64,000 nucleotides of DNA from NCBI RefSeq assembly GCF_009914755.1, contig NC_060931.1. The stretch is one strand, 5' to 3'. Positions 32,533-49,041 of this stretch are shown one piece after another; position 1 is the first letter of the stretch; each line of letters starts with the position of its first letter. Under the pieces are notes generated by a model, which did not search any database, was not told the DNA's origin, and was given only the letters and a program-made list of their open reading frames with translations. Position numbers and translations under genes: made by a program. The DNA is from the human T2T-CHM13v2.0 reference genome, Homo sapiens.

Positions 32533-32957
32533 TGTGCCACTGTTGGATTCCCTGGGAAGCAGACTTAAGAATTGTTTTAGGAATTTTAGAAAGATTTATT
32601 GGGTGGTAACACCTCAGAAAGAAAACAGAAGAAAGCAGGATTGGGCAGGAGGAGTCATCAGACATTCCTGCAGACCTGAAGAAGTAAATCTCTGCCAGCC
32701 CACTGGGGGAGTTCCAAAGCAAGGATTGCCATTTATATGAGTCTTGTTGTAAGCGGAAATGTCTAGGTCTTTGTCACTCCATCTTGCATCATCTGGGGAC
32801 CATCCTGGAAAGAGTGTGGCCTTTGCTCAAGAGATGAGACTGACCATGTAACAGCAAACAGCTACATAATGCCTGCTAGCTACACTCTTAGAAACTGGAC
32901 TATGAAGAAGCTTCTTGAAGGAAGATCTGAGTGTTCTATATCCATGTCTGCCATACA
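32533..32957 (-). mobile_element. ERVL LTR (LTR16-like)
   Basis: ggattccctgggaagcagact...atttattggg...aagcaggattgggcag. Confidence 0.6.
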
Positions 32958-34084
32958 TGTTTATCATGAAATTAATACTTTTAAGCACACATAATCATCA
33001 TATTATGGAATTTTTTATATTTTATTTAGTTAAAAAAATCAATGTTGACATTCTGCAATTACGTATTAAAGTAACCGACTAAAGTTAAAAAGAGTACCAT
33101 ATATTTTCACAATACACTTAAAACCATTTATCTTATTTTTAAAGTTTTTGAATATTTTATCATACTCATAATTGATAATACTATAAACACTGACATTCCT
33201 TCCACATATAAGTTAATCATTCCTAATAGTCTCCTTGTTAAAACTGGATCTAATGCACAATTATATCTTATTTCAAAAACCCTTAAATTAAACCCTTTTG
33301 TGTCTGTCTAGTGTAACTACAACTGTTACATTTGGTATTAAACAAATCTTGAATGTAATCATGTAAATATTTACATTATTCAAGTTGTTCAGTACAAAAT
33401 ATACTCACTCATAATATCTCACTGAGCTATATTATAGGACACTTCTGATGTATTTATTCATAAGTAGTTAAAATTGGTCTACTCAGTAGCTGTAATAGAC
33501 TCATACTTTTATCACCAATCCTGTGATTTATAAAAGTTAATTTTTGTAAAAAGAAATATTTTCTACTGTTGTTACCAAAGTTTTCTACCATAATTATCAA
33601 TTTCTAATATATAAAGTGCACCTTTAAGTCTCTTAATGGGTAAGTGAGCAGGAAAACTGACAATATGTTAATGTGGCCTTTCTGCCATACTTACTGCCTT
33701 AAAACATGGTCTGAACTCTTTCACTGCATTATCTTTTTGGCCTGGTTGACTGCCTTTAACAAAATGTGAACAATATATTAAGGACAGACAGGTAAGTCTC
33801 TGAACTGTAAAACTAATAAAACTTCTGTAATTTCTTCAGCGAAAATACAATCAAGTTTTTATTTAATTGTGGCAAGCATCTCATTTTAGTTTGAGGGTAA
33901 AGTAGAACTGGAAGTATTTATCTCTGAAACTGAAAGCACTGGTGACTGAAACTTTAACCACTAAACAAAACAATGCTTAAAACTACTGAATCCTTATTTA
34001 TTCACTGTAACTGTCTTAATATGAAAGCTCTGGGAAGCCAGGGGCCTTTGCATTTGAATGGTTTGTTTTCATGTATTGGAGAAT

Positions 34085-34180
34085 TAAATCATTAAGAATG
34101 TGAGGCCAGGCATATCGTGTTTCAAATCCCAGGTTCCAGGGTTATGTGATTTAGGAAAGTTACTCAATCTGTTTTATTTT
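34085..34180 (+). mobile_element. MIR fragment
   Basis: gtttcaaatccca...tgtgatttaggaaagttactcaatct core. Confidence 0.6.
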
Positions 34181-34285
34181 TTTCTAAGGTTTCATATATT
34201 TTAATAAATAATGTAGAAAAGATTTAATATAGAAAATTTTTGTGAAGATTAATTTTGGCATTTTAAAAACAAAGAACAGGCAATG

Positions 34286-34766
34286 TGTTAACAGAGCAGG
34301 AGCATTGCCGTCTTGGACAACCACTGACATTTTAAAGCTCCCTTTGATCAAAAACTTTCTAAATCCAAAGGGCATCAGCCTAATAGCTAAGGTCAGCATG
34401 ACCATAAACCACAAATGACGCCTTTGACCAGAAACATTCCAACTCTAAGATAAACCCTTCCCTGACTAGAGACATGCCAGCCTGAGACAACCTCCCCTCC
34501 AGCCAGAGTCATGTCAGCCCCAAGATAACCCCCGCTCTGACCGGACATTCCAGCCCCGCAATAAACTTCTCCTCCATATAGAAACATTCCAAGCCTGTGA
34601 TAAGCTCTCTCGCCCTAAAACCCTTACATATTCTTAATCTGTAAGAGAGAGTGCTCTTGACAGAAATTGGACAGAAGCCCCTCTCAGGTTTATTCTCCAA
34701 AATAAACCCTGTCTTTGACTGTTGAGCTGCTTTTCATGTATCTTTCCTCTTTCTTTAACTCTTACA
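34286..34766 (+). mobile_element. ERV solo LTR (MER66-like; subfamily uncertain)
   Basis: TG...CA termini, TSD aatg/agtg, aataaa at 34700, internal degenerate repeats of about 35 bp. Confidence 0.75.
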
Positions 34767-35539
34767 AGTGTCTAGCACAAAATTAATTTTGGATAGTCTT
34801 CCCCTGGCCACCCCTGCATCTCGCACTGTGATTTGGAGTTTACACTTAAATTCATTATTTTGTAGCAACTACATCTGTAAAGCATTCTAGGGAAAGAAAA
34901 GACATGGAACACATTTTTGAATATAAAATAAATATAGGCAAAAATTGGCACACTTTGTCTAACACAGAAAAGAATCATGTAGTAAAAGAAGCCTTACAAA
35001 CCTGGCACCTATGAAAGGAGCTGCATGTTGTGGGCTTATTATGAAAATTTTGTCAAAATATACAAACCTTTTGACTTTCAGGGGGAAATATCCACATAAT
35101 TTTTAAATTCTATAAATATTTACTAAATACTATTATTCCGGGTAAATGAAATAAATATTCCAATGAGACATTAAGAGGTTAAACAATAGTGTTGCTAAAA
35201 TATCAACTTCAGATAATAATTTTATGGGAACCAAAAAGTCACTTGTAATTTCCTTTAGTAACTCATTTTATCTAAAAGAGTATTATTATTACATGGCCAT
35301 GTTTTTGCATTCTGCACATCAATTTTATGAAATAGGCAAATGGCCAGACTTCTTGTGCCAGTAATTAATGTGGACATTTTTGAGTATCCCTTCTAGTTTC
35401 TACCACCCATGTATTTAGTAGGGTAAAATAACTGATTGCAATGGCAACCAGACTCACAAAGAATGTTCCGTTGTGTTTACTATATGACTTCACTCAAACT
35501 GAAAACTAAGTGAAACACTTTAAAAATATTTTCGTTGTA

Positions 35540-35763
35540 GAGAACACTTGGACACAGAGTGGGAACATCACACACAGGGGCCTGTCGTGGGGTGGGGGGA
35601 GCGGGGAGGGATAGCATTAGGAGATATACCTAATGTAAATGATGAGTTAACGGGTGCAGCACGCCAACATGGCACATGTATACATATGTAACAAACCTGC
35701 ATGTTGTGCACATGTACCATAGAACTTAAAGTATAATAATAATAAATAAAAATAAATAAAAAT
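35540..35763 (+). mobile_element. L1PA (L1PA4-5-like), 3'UTR only
   Basis: L1 3'UTR with G-rich tract and A-rich tail; 18-bp TSD aaaaatattttc(g/a)ttgta. Confidence 0.95.
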
Positions 35764-35924
35764 AAAAATATTTTCATTGTAATAGACTGAATAGTTTAAA
35801 CAATTATCCAAGAAGTACATTCATTTAAAAGCCTTCATTCTTCAACATAAAGTAACTAAAATATTTTCTCATTTAGAATAGATGTTATATGATGGGGACC
35901 TTACTTTATCTGTGTTAGAAAACA

Positions 35925-36160
35925 TCATAGCATAGTGTTTGAGAGCACAGAGTTTTACATTTGATTTGATAGGCCAGAATTTAATTCCTTACTGCATGAA
36001 TTTGGGCATATTGCTTAAATTCTCTGAGTTTCAGTTTTTTTTATCTTTGAAATCAAACTTAAAAGGGTTTTTGTGAGAATCAAATTACCTAATTCATTTA
36101 AAATGCATAGCACATTATGTGGAACATGCCAAGGATTTGATAAGCAATATCTATTGATGT
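35925..36160 (+). mobile_element. MIR
   Basis: ttgggcatattgcttaaattctctgagtttcagttt...ttgtgagaatcaaat. Confidence 0.7.
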
Positions 36161-36561
36161 TTATATATTATGTATTATTTATATTATAAATTATTATTTT
36201 ATGTTGTCAATTTAGTTTTAAGCCCATTTAAAGAAACACAATACTGCATTAGCATTAGAACTGATTTCGATAAATGAGTAAAGTGGTGATAGGCATTCTA
36301 CTAAATTTTAATATTCTACAAGTAATTATTTTTTTGGTTTGTTTTTTGCAGTAGCAAATTTCATTAGATACAGTGGTGGGTGCCTTCTTAGGACAAAATT
36401 TTGAAAAACTATTCATCTTTTCACATATAACATATAGAAAAACAGGGCTTCTCATTTATTCATTTATTTGGTTTGCCATTTGTTTATAGTATTTCCTACA
36501 TTCCATAATTTTTATCACATGAGAAAAATGGATTAAACAAAAATGAAAAATTCCTACATAA

Positions 36562-37217
<656 letters not shown>

Positions 37218-38659
37218 GAAATAAGAGAAAAGGAAGAGGAGCATTTGAGTAAATGAAGAAAAAAAAAATTACCTCTAGATCTTAATTCAATGAATTGTTA
37301 GAGAGCATTTCATGCTATAAATGATAAATAACTTGTGTGATTATAAATAGCTTCAGCCATAATTCCAGTTGCTTTTGTTATGTAGTTGAATGCAGTGCAG
37401 CTTTATTTTGATATTAATAAGTTTCAAAAGCTATGTTTTAGAATAAATATAAAACAGTAAGTATTAGGAAAGCTATTAACAATAAAATGTGTGCTGTACT
37501 TCTATAATGGAAATGTGAAATGCAAGAACAAGAAATGTACTACTAACTAGTTTCTACACAAGATAACGTTACTTGTCAAATATTATAAAATAGTAATTTC
37601 CTTTGGAAAGAGATCTCTAAGGTAAATTTTTTATTAGTTTGACAGCGTTTTGTTTTCAAAATCATAATTATTATCCTGGAACTATTAACAATTACCCATT
37701 GTGTAAGAATCAAAAAAGAAAGAGATCTCCTTTTAAAAAATATAGTAAAATAATGAGATTGCTCAATTTTTGTTTTATTCATGTAAGATGATGTGTTGTC
37801 TATCCCAGATAAGTCTACGGAAGACAAAAAAGAAGAGTCTCATGAGAATTCTGATGGTTATTTTGAGAATTAAAAAAGTACCAGATTTTAGTGTTTTTAA
37901 AAAATGAGTTATATTTGCTTATGGGAAGGACATTAGAGAATATTTTTCAAAGGCACAACATTTTGGACTCTACACAAAGATATCAGAAAAGCCTGACATA
38001 GATTTTTAATCAGGAAATAAACTTCAAGAGCTATTTAATAGTATTTGTGCCTAAGAAAAGTCAAAAAAAAGAGAGATGAGTAGGTTTATCTTAAAGTATT
38101 TCTGTCGACTATCATGTTAATTTTGAACAAATGCAAGTTTTTAAAAAACAATTTCCTAAATTTTGAATGATGCTTTCCTTTCACAAATCATAATATAGAA
38201 CATACAGTGGACAAGAGCCAAAGAAAAAGACCATTGTAAAGGAATTTTCAAAATAGTACTACAAAATACAGTCAGATGGATGCAATCTACAACTGAGGCA
38301 AAATAAAAACAGTCTAGACAAGTGTTAAACACTATGAGTTTTTGAGAAATTTTGACCCTCTTCAGTATCACAACTGCAATTAGGTAATGAAGAGTTTAAC
38401 TGGACTAACTAAGCCTTAGATGGTATTTTGACACCATGGTGCCTGCTAGTAGCATAGAAGTATATATACTGTAATCTCATAAAGCCAACCTTGGAAATTG
38501 TCTTTCCCAAAAGTTTATATAAAACCAAATGTCCTTTTATACTTTAATATAATTTATACTTAAGTTTTCCCTTTTCCAGCAACTCTGAAAAGCAGATGAT
38601 ACTAGAAAAGAGCCTGCATTTATGTTTGTTGTCAGAGGTGTCATATGTAGATCCAGTTA

Positions 38660-40079
<1,420 letters not shown>

Positions 40080-40537
40080 GAAAGTGCCCCGTGAGGCTGG
40101 GGGAAATATATTCTACTAAGCATCATAACTTCAAAGGTGAATTAAATACCAAGTTGAAAAATTCTATGTAGCAAATATTCAGAAGGTAAAATTGTACAAT
40201 TTAACTTACCAAAGTCATGCCCGAAAATGAAAATTCTTAGGAAAAACAGAATTCAGCTTAGGTAAGCCATAGTCATAACTAATGAAATATTAGATGTGAT
40301 AAAATAATCATATAAAGCCCATTATACCAAGAAAAATAAGAAGGAAATATACACCAAAATAATAAGTCCTGTGTATATATTTTCCAGTTAGTCTAGGCCA
40401 GTGGGACAGTTTACCCTAATTCTGTTAATGGACATATCTTTTTAAATCTGCCCAACAAAGGTGCTCTTTAAACACTCTCATAACCAAGAGTCAATTAAAT
40501 TCATCAATAACCACAGTGAAAAATGGGGCTTGGGTAT

Positions 40538-41119
<582 letters not shown>

Positions 41120-41764
41120 AGCATTAAAGCAGTGAACAAACAATTATTTTCCTTGCTCTCTAATGGGGAAATATTAAAACAATTCTACTTCAAAATTATT
41201 AAAACACATTAATGATTCCTATATAGAAATAATTAACTATATCAGATTTGTGACCAATATCAAGACCTCTAGAAAAGTTGTTTTTATATACCTACTTGAC
41301 AAATTACCTGTAGATAGATGTAAATGTGGCACTTGCCTAAGATAGTTGAAAGAATGCCAAGAAAAACTGTGCAGATGTTAGTAAATTGTGTCAGTACATC
41401 ATATCTGTTAAACTGATTGCCTTTATGATTTCTACTGAAATATTAGGTAGAAGGAACCATCAGACTAAAATTGTCCTTCCATACTTAGAAAATTGGTATA
41501 ACTTATGATAAAATATAGATTCCATGACTGCAGGAGTTTGAGGGTAAGAGTTAAGAATTGGAGGAGAAATCATCTGTGATTACTGTCATTGTATGAGGAT
41601 TGTGGTATATGGAATTAAAGGAGCAACTAGTCAACATAGCTCTGCTTTCTACAATTAAAATAAATAGAAGATTTTTAGCACAAAGTTTAATTTAAAAAGT
41701 AAGGAGTAATTAATTAATTTCCTTTTTCCAGAGATAGTTTTAGATCCAAGAAATACATGGTATG

Positions 41765-42480
41765 AATTTATTCAATCAATGTTTATTGAGCATGCTGCTA
41801 TCTCCTTGGCACTGTGGTAGACAAAGAACATACAAATAGAGCTTAAATTCTTAACCTCAACAAACTCACAGTTAGTAAAATAAATAAATGAATTATATAG
41901 TATGTCTAACGCTACAATTGTGATATATACAAAGTGCTAAGGGGAAATAGAAGTGGTTGTAGTTAATAATGTAGAAAAGGAATAAATAGCTTCATGGAAA
42001 TGGTAGTATTGCGAAGAGAAAAAAATGGGGCTTGGGCATTGCTATCAACTGAATCTTTATGTCCCTCCAGAATTCGTATTTTGAAACCTAATCTCCAATG
42101 GAAAGAGGGGTGTCATTCTTTACACAGGAAAAAGAAGGTGAACAGGCAGTAAAAGCAGAGACACAAAGTATATAGAGTCTAGAAAAAGTTCTGTAAGATG
42201 GGAGACTCTCAAAATGGAATCTATAGGAATCAGAAGTTGAAGTTCTTAATGTCAAGTACATTGCTGCTGTCGTTGTCTGATTTTATTATTGATGAGTCCT
42301 TGAAAATTGTAAACATTTTGAATAGTATAATTAGTGTTTTAGAGGATAAATCTTAAACAATGTGAAGTGTAAACATGGGGCAGTCAATGACGGGGGGTAG
42401 TAGCTGACCTGTAAAATGGAAATGGAGAGGCTGCCAACTGTCTGGATTTGAGAAAAGAGAGGGAAGTTTCAAGAACACTC
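41765..42480 (-). mobile_element. L2 3' end
   Basis: attcaatcaatgtttattgagcatgctgcta...ggcactgtggtag...aactcacagt. Confidence 0.6.
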
Positions 42481-42724
42481 TCTTCATACATTGCCAGATG
42501 ATAGTCAGGTTTTAAAAACACTGCCCTACATCATGGTGGCGTGTTTATTGAGCAGTGATCTATAAATATTTTTTGGCCAAATAAAGAGGGTGAAGATGAA
42601 CATAATATAAGCCAATATAATAACACATTGAGTTAGGTTGAACACATCTAATTCAATGTGCTACTGTATGCTAAAAGAAAAAGTAGGTCCACAAAATGTT
42701 GAACACCCTTAAAAAGTTTTATGA

Positions 42725-42922
42725 AAATAAACAAAATGCTTTTATATTTTTATATTTTATAATATAAAATTTTTTTATTTTATATTTTAACTTTTTACGT
42801 AATAAAAAAGTTATTACATATGTTTTTACATAATAAAACATGTAAAAAGTACATAACTTTTTACATAAATGAAAAAATAAAAAATATATTTTTATTTTAT
42901 ATTTTATTTTTAACTTTTTAAA
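42725..42922. repeat. AT-rich low-complexity tract with internal inverted repeats
   Basis: Repeated tttatatttt and actttttac units. Confidence 0.8.
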
Positions 42923-44642
42923 ATACCAAGATGCAGCTCCCCCTGGAATTCTGTTCGGATCTCATCAGTCAAAGTAGATAGCTTGGAGCTGCAAAGTATA
43001 TAGGGAGGGTAAACTAAAGTTACGTAAAGCATAGATCAATGCAAAGGAAATGACTGCTCAATGAGGAGAGGTTGAAAAGATTGAGTCTGAAAGAGAGCTC
43101 TGTAGAAATGTAAAGGAAACATATAAAATATAAGAATTAAGAGACAGGATCATAAAACATGGAAGATGCTAATTTAAGACTACAAATTGGAAACAGTATA
43201 TTTTAGAACAGATATTAAATTCAAGAAAACCATTTACTTGGAGAATGATATACACTGAAGTTTTAATTACAAGAATGATTTAGATACATTTGAGTGTGAA
43301 AGATTTGCAGTGTGAACTACACAGATAACATAGAGGAAATACCCTGATTTCTATGTAAAACCGTGTTTTCTACTGTCCCAGATCCCATTTCCTCATTCCC
43401 TCAAGGTCAGGAGGGTCAATCCAACATTTCCCCTTTCTCTCTCCCATATCATTTTTTCCCATGTATTTCATTTCCATCAATGTGCAGCCAGTTATTATTT
43501 TGTATACTTTTAAAATGTTTTCTGTAAAAAGCATTACTTTCTTTAGGCCATTATTCCATTTTCTATACCCCTTAGAATATTTCTGGAAAGAATTATCTAA
43601 ATTCACTGCCGTTATTTCTCTTCTTTTATCACCTCGATTTTTAAAATAAACACTTTACATACATATAAAAAATCTGCATAAAATCGTGAGTGTTCCATTC
43701 AACGCATTTTCACAAAATAAAATCCTAGTGTAAATATGAACAGATTTAAAAATGCAAAACAATAAAACTCTATCTCCACTCCCAACCATTTTTGCACCTA
43801 GTCACAATCCATCTTTTCTTTTCTTAAATAAGTTCTTATTCCACTGATAAGCTTCCAATTTTTCAAACATCACATACATGGAAGGTAATATTACTGCAAT
43901 TAGGTTCTTTTTTTAACTTCACCATTTTAGAGGTGTGTGGTGATATCTCATTGATAGCTTCATATAATTAATGAGGTAATCTATATCTATATGGCTAAAT
44001 GAGGACTCTAGCAACTTTTCATTATCTTTTTGGCCATTTGAATATCTTCTTTTATGAAGTACCCAGTTACTGTATATGTTTTTTACTCATTTGTAATTAC
44101 ATATTTTTTATTTTGATTAATTTATATGGATTTCTATTATTCTAGATATAAGGTTTTATCAATTATATGATTGCAAATACCTTCTCTAATTTGTGACTTG
44201 CCCTTTAACTCTCCTAATAGAATATATGGATAAATAAAGATCTTTAATTAGGCCTATTTACCAAATATTTAGAGTCCTCTTTACAAAAAAAAAAAATTAC
44301 TTCCCAGTGATTATAAAGATTTTTGCCTATGTTATTTTCCAGAATTATTTTACTTGTCACTTATTAATCTATAATCTACCTGGAATTGATATTTGTATGG
44401 ACTGTAGATGAAGGGGCTCAATATTTTTTTTGGCTACTTACTTTGTTATATATATATATATAATATATAATATTATATATAATATATATATTTATATAAA
44501 ACAAAGTAGCCAAAAATATATATAAAAATATATTTATATTTATATAAAACAAAGTAGCCACAAAATGTTATATCTAAAAAATATATATTTATATACATAC
44601 ATATATATGTGTGTATATATATATTTATTTATATATATATGT

Positions 44643-44864
<222 letters not shown>

Positions 44865-45467
44865 AAAACAACCTGCTACTTTGGTTTCATTTATTGCTTT
44901 TCCCACTGCTCTGTGGAACCAACTCTGTCAGAAATCCAGGGTCCATATGTGTGTGGGCCTGTTTTGGAATTCACCATTCTAGTCAGTGATTATTTGTATA
45001 GTCTTTTGACATTACTACAGTGCTTTAATGACTAAACTGTATAAGAAATCTTGCTATCTGGCAGTAAATGTTGTCTAAGTTTGTTATTATTTTTCTAGTA
45101 TTTTCCTGAATATGTGCCTTGGCTCATTCCATTTGCATATATATTTTATATGCATATATATTTTATGCAAATAGAATGAACCACGACTCATATTCAGTTT
45201 CTTTAAATAAATCTGTAATTGTGACTACAATTCCATTAATCAATAGGTCACTTCAAGGGGAATTGTTAACCTTCCACAACTGAGTCTTCAATACATGAAC
45301 ATTAACTATTTAGATCTTCTTAAATTTTTCTCAATATTGTTATTTCATTTTCTTAATAGAAATTATATTGTATCATTATATTGTATCACTATATGTCTTT
45401 CGGTGAAATTTATGGGTTTTCTCGTATAGTTTTCTTTTAAATAAATTTTCTAATTTTTTGTTGCTAG

Positions 45468-45853
45468 TGATATGGTTTGGCTCTGTGTCTCCACCCAAAT
45501 CTCTTCTAGAATTATAATTCCCATAATTCCCACATGCTGAGGGTGGGACCTGGTAGGTGGTGATTGGATCATGGAGGTGGTTTCCCCCCATGCTGTTCTC
45601 ATGATAGCCAGTGAGTTCTCATGAGATCTGATGGTTTTATAAGTGTTTGACCATTCCTCCTTCAAACACACACACTCTGTCTCCTGCCACCTTGTGAAGA
45701 AGTTGCCTACTTCTCCTTGGGCTTCTGCCATGATTGCAAGTTTCCTGAGGCTTCCCCAGCCATGCAAAACTGCGAATCAATTAAACCTCTTTCCTTTATA
45801 AGTTATCCAGTCTTGGGTATTTATTTATGGCAGTGTGAGAACAGACTAATACA
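45468..45853 (+). mobile_element. MSTA/THE1D-like solo LTR
   Basis: tgatatggtttggctctgtg...gactaataca; perfect TSD gctag. Confidence 0.95.
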
Positions 45854-47008
45854 GCTAGTAAATGAAAGTAAATTTTTAATATAGTTTATGATATGTAATG
45901 GCATTGCTAAATTTACTTGTTATTTGCAAATTCTATTGCATTTTCTATATGCTCAATATCTCAAATAACCAGAGCATCATTTTTTTTTCCTTTCTGAGGC
46001 TTACGTTTATTTTTCTTGCCTTATTTCTCTTAATATATTTTCAAGGCAATCTTAATGGGCATCCTTGTCATGTTCCTATTCAAAGAGAGAATACTTTTAA
46101 TATTTTGCCCTTAACCATGAATCTTCCAGTGCTTTCTTTTTACAGATATTTCTTATCAAATAAAATGTTTTTTAATTTCCAGAGTTTTTTTCAGAAATAA
46201 GTATTAAATATTAGTTATTTTATTTCTAAGACAGGCAAGTGATTTTTCTTCGTTTTTTGTTATTTTGGAGAATCACATTGTTTTCAATTTTATTTTAAAC
46301 TCACATTTGAAACTCGATTTTTATGTCATACTTTTATACATATTAGTACATTTATTTTTCTACATTTTAAAATGATTTTGTCATTTCTCTTCATGATATA
46401 AATTGGTCTGTAATTTTTTAATTTTAATTTTCTGATCATATTTTGGTATCACCATTGTGTTGATTTTTTAAAGAAAATTGAGAGCATTTCCAGTTTTTCT
46501 ATTTCCTGGGTTATTTTATTTTATATTGATGTCATTCTTCATTAGATCTCCTACAACTTAATCTAATTAGGGATTGAGCTGATTTAAGCCTGGTTTTATG
46601 AGGCCAGGTGTATTTGCTCACAGAATTTATCCTTTGAGGATTACTATCTGAAAGCTTTGAGTTTACCATAATTTCTTCCCTTTTTCCAGGCCCTAGTTGG
46701 TGAAAAATGCATGCCTGTCCCACTTTTTGGATTTTCTGATGCGTCTTATGAAATAGATGATGAATCAAGGGAAAAGCAACACAATGTCAGGCTCATCCTC
46801 TGTACTTTCTTTTTGTAAAGACTTTGGTCCTTGGACTGTCAACTCCTCTGAGACTCGACTCACGATTCCTGCAAATCATGATTTTCAACCTCCCATTTGA
46901 TCTATTTTTCCAGGTGTTATCTTCAGAAGGGCTGATCGTATATAAGCTAGTCAGCCTCAGATGTCTTCATTTTATTTTGAATTCACTCTTAAGAAGTTTT
47001 CATTTTTG

Positions 47009-47286
47009 GGCTGGGCGCGGGGGCTCACGCCTGTAATCCCAGCACTTTGAGTGGCCAAGGCGGGAGCATCACGAGGTCAGGAGATCGAGACCATCCCGGC
47101 TAACAGGGTGAAACACCGTCTCTACTAAAAATACAAAAAAAAAAAAAAAAAAAAAAATTAGCTACTCGGAGGCTGAGGCAGAATGGCGTGAACCCGGGAG
47201 GCGGAGCTTGCAGTGAGCCGAGATCCCGCCACTGCACTCCAGCCTGGGCGACAGCGAGAATCGGTCTCAAAAAAGCAAAACAAAAC
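47009..47286 (+). mobile_element. AluY-family element with internal deletions
   Basis: Y diagnostics; perfect 18-bp TSD aagaagttttcatttttg. Confidence 0.95.
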
Positions 47287-47399
47287 AAGAAGTTTTCATT
47301 TTTGTAACTTTACTGAAATGACTTTTTTTATGGTCAGTCTTTATTTCTGAAATCTTACCCTCAGTTTTCCTCGAAACTAAGAGGCCACTTCCCACTCTC

Positions 47400-48212
47400 C
47401 TTTTCTTGTTCTTCCTCATGACCTCAACCTTTAAGTAGTTGAGCTTGGGATCAAAAGCTCCTCACAATTACTCTATCTATACTCACCCATAACACAGCTT
47501 CAATTACCACCTACGTAATTACCAGTCTCATATCTACATTATCAGCCTCAGTCTTTCCCATGAGCTTGACATTGATACCCACCTGCCTCCTTGACGCTTC
47601 TGCTTATAAGTACCTCCTTCATACCATGCTCTAAATAGAAACTTCAATTCCCCTACTCCTTTCCACTTGTTTTTATTGTAATATTCTTCATCTCAGGTCC
47701 AAAATTTTAAATCTTATAAACACTCTTGTTTTTGTTTTCTTTTTTTTTTTTTGTAAACTTATTGCATGCCCTAAATTTTATGTATGAAGTATTAAATAAT
47801 AAATCCACTCCCTACTCTTCTTCAAAAATCACCAAGGCTTCAGGTTCTTTCACTTTTTGTTTCTGTACCTCTGGTGTTCTTTCACCAGTTACCACCATGG
47901 CTTGACTCCTCACTTCCTTTAGGTGTTTGCTCGAAGGTACTGTATAGGAATAAGGCTTTCCCTGAGCACCTAATAGAAAAATAGCAATCCTCCTTCCACA
48001 ATCCATCCATTACATTCCCCTACTCCTTTTTTTTCCACAGTGCTAAGTACCATCTGATATTTATGATTTTATTTATTTGTTTATTGACTATCTCCCACCA
48101 CAAAAATGCAAACTCCATGAGCCCACAGAATATATTACTTTGTTCATTACTGCATTTCCCTATTTGTAACACTGGAAATAATACATGGATAAGTCAAACA
48201 GTGGATGAATAA
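47400..48212 (+). mobile_element. L2 3' fragments
   Basis: cagcttcaattaccaccta...ctcctcacttcctttaggtgtttgctc...aatgcaaactccatgag. Confidence 0.65.
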
Positions 48213-49041
48213 AATAAAATTAGCAGACAGGAAAGCATTTCTAAGCTTTTAAAACCACCATTAAGTACAACAAAATGAAAAACTCATAAATCATTTAAAA
48301 TACTAACTGTAAGAAAATTAGTCTTGATAGACAGTGATTCTGACATGGTAACATGCTTCTTTTGTTATTTTTCTACAGCGACTTCCAGTTTATCCTAAGC
48401 CTCTTTATGAGTTGACCATAACAGATGTGTCTGAGAGAGGAAAAAGTATCTTGGAAGAGACAAATTCAGAGAAAAATCAAGCAGTTGTTTCCGCAAACTC
48501 AGAGAAAAATCAAGCATTTTCTTCTTGATTCTTGTTTTGTTTGCCTATGTTTTTCAGAAGCCAGTTGATTACATTGATGCAAACATTAAAGAGTAATCTT
48601 GTATTTGCCCCATATCAAACCATCTCATAGACATTAACAGGATTTTTTTAAGCTGTTGTTACATCCAATGCTGCCACTGGTTAATTTTCATCTTTGTAAA
48701 GAGCTAGTGTTTTTCTTTTAATTAACACATAATAGAGAGTTGATATATATAAACAAACTGTGAAACAGTTCATGTTTCAGTAAAGGAATATTGACTAATG
48801 AAACATTCTTGACAAGGAAGATTCCTTAATGTGGAATTCAAAAATGCCTGCTAAAAATTGCTCCATTCTGTAAGATGCATACTTAAGTACAAATTGTGCT
48901 ATTGCTTTTTGGTTAGGCATGGTATTATTTCATGCAGATATACAGGTGGCATATAAAATGTATATAATGATATATAAAATGGGAGAAACATTTAATTTCT
49001 GAGAGCAGGAAAAACAGATCATGCTTTGCAGTCGCTGCAAA

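Noticed and set aside
33789-33797. Consensus splice donor cag/gtaagt (also atg/gtaagt near 52196)
   Set aside because: No convincing paired acceptor or reading frame; such matches are expected by chance in 64 kb
34430-34615. Degenerate repeats of about 35 bp resembling an array or CRISPR
   Set aside because: Internal repeats of an ERV LTR; no constant repeat with unique spacers, no cas genes, eukaryotic context
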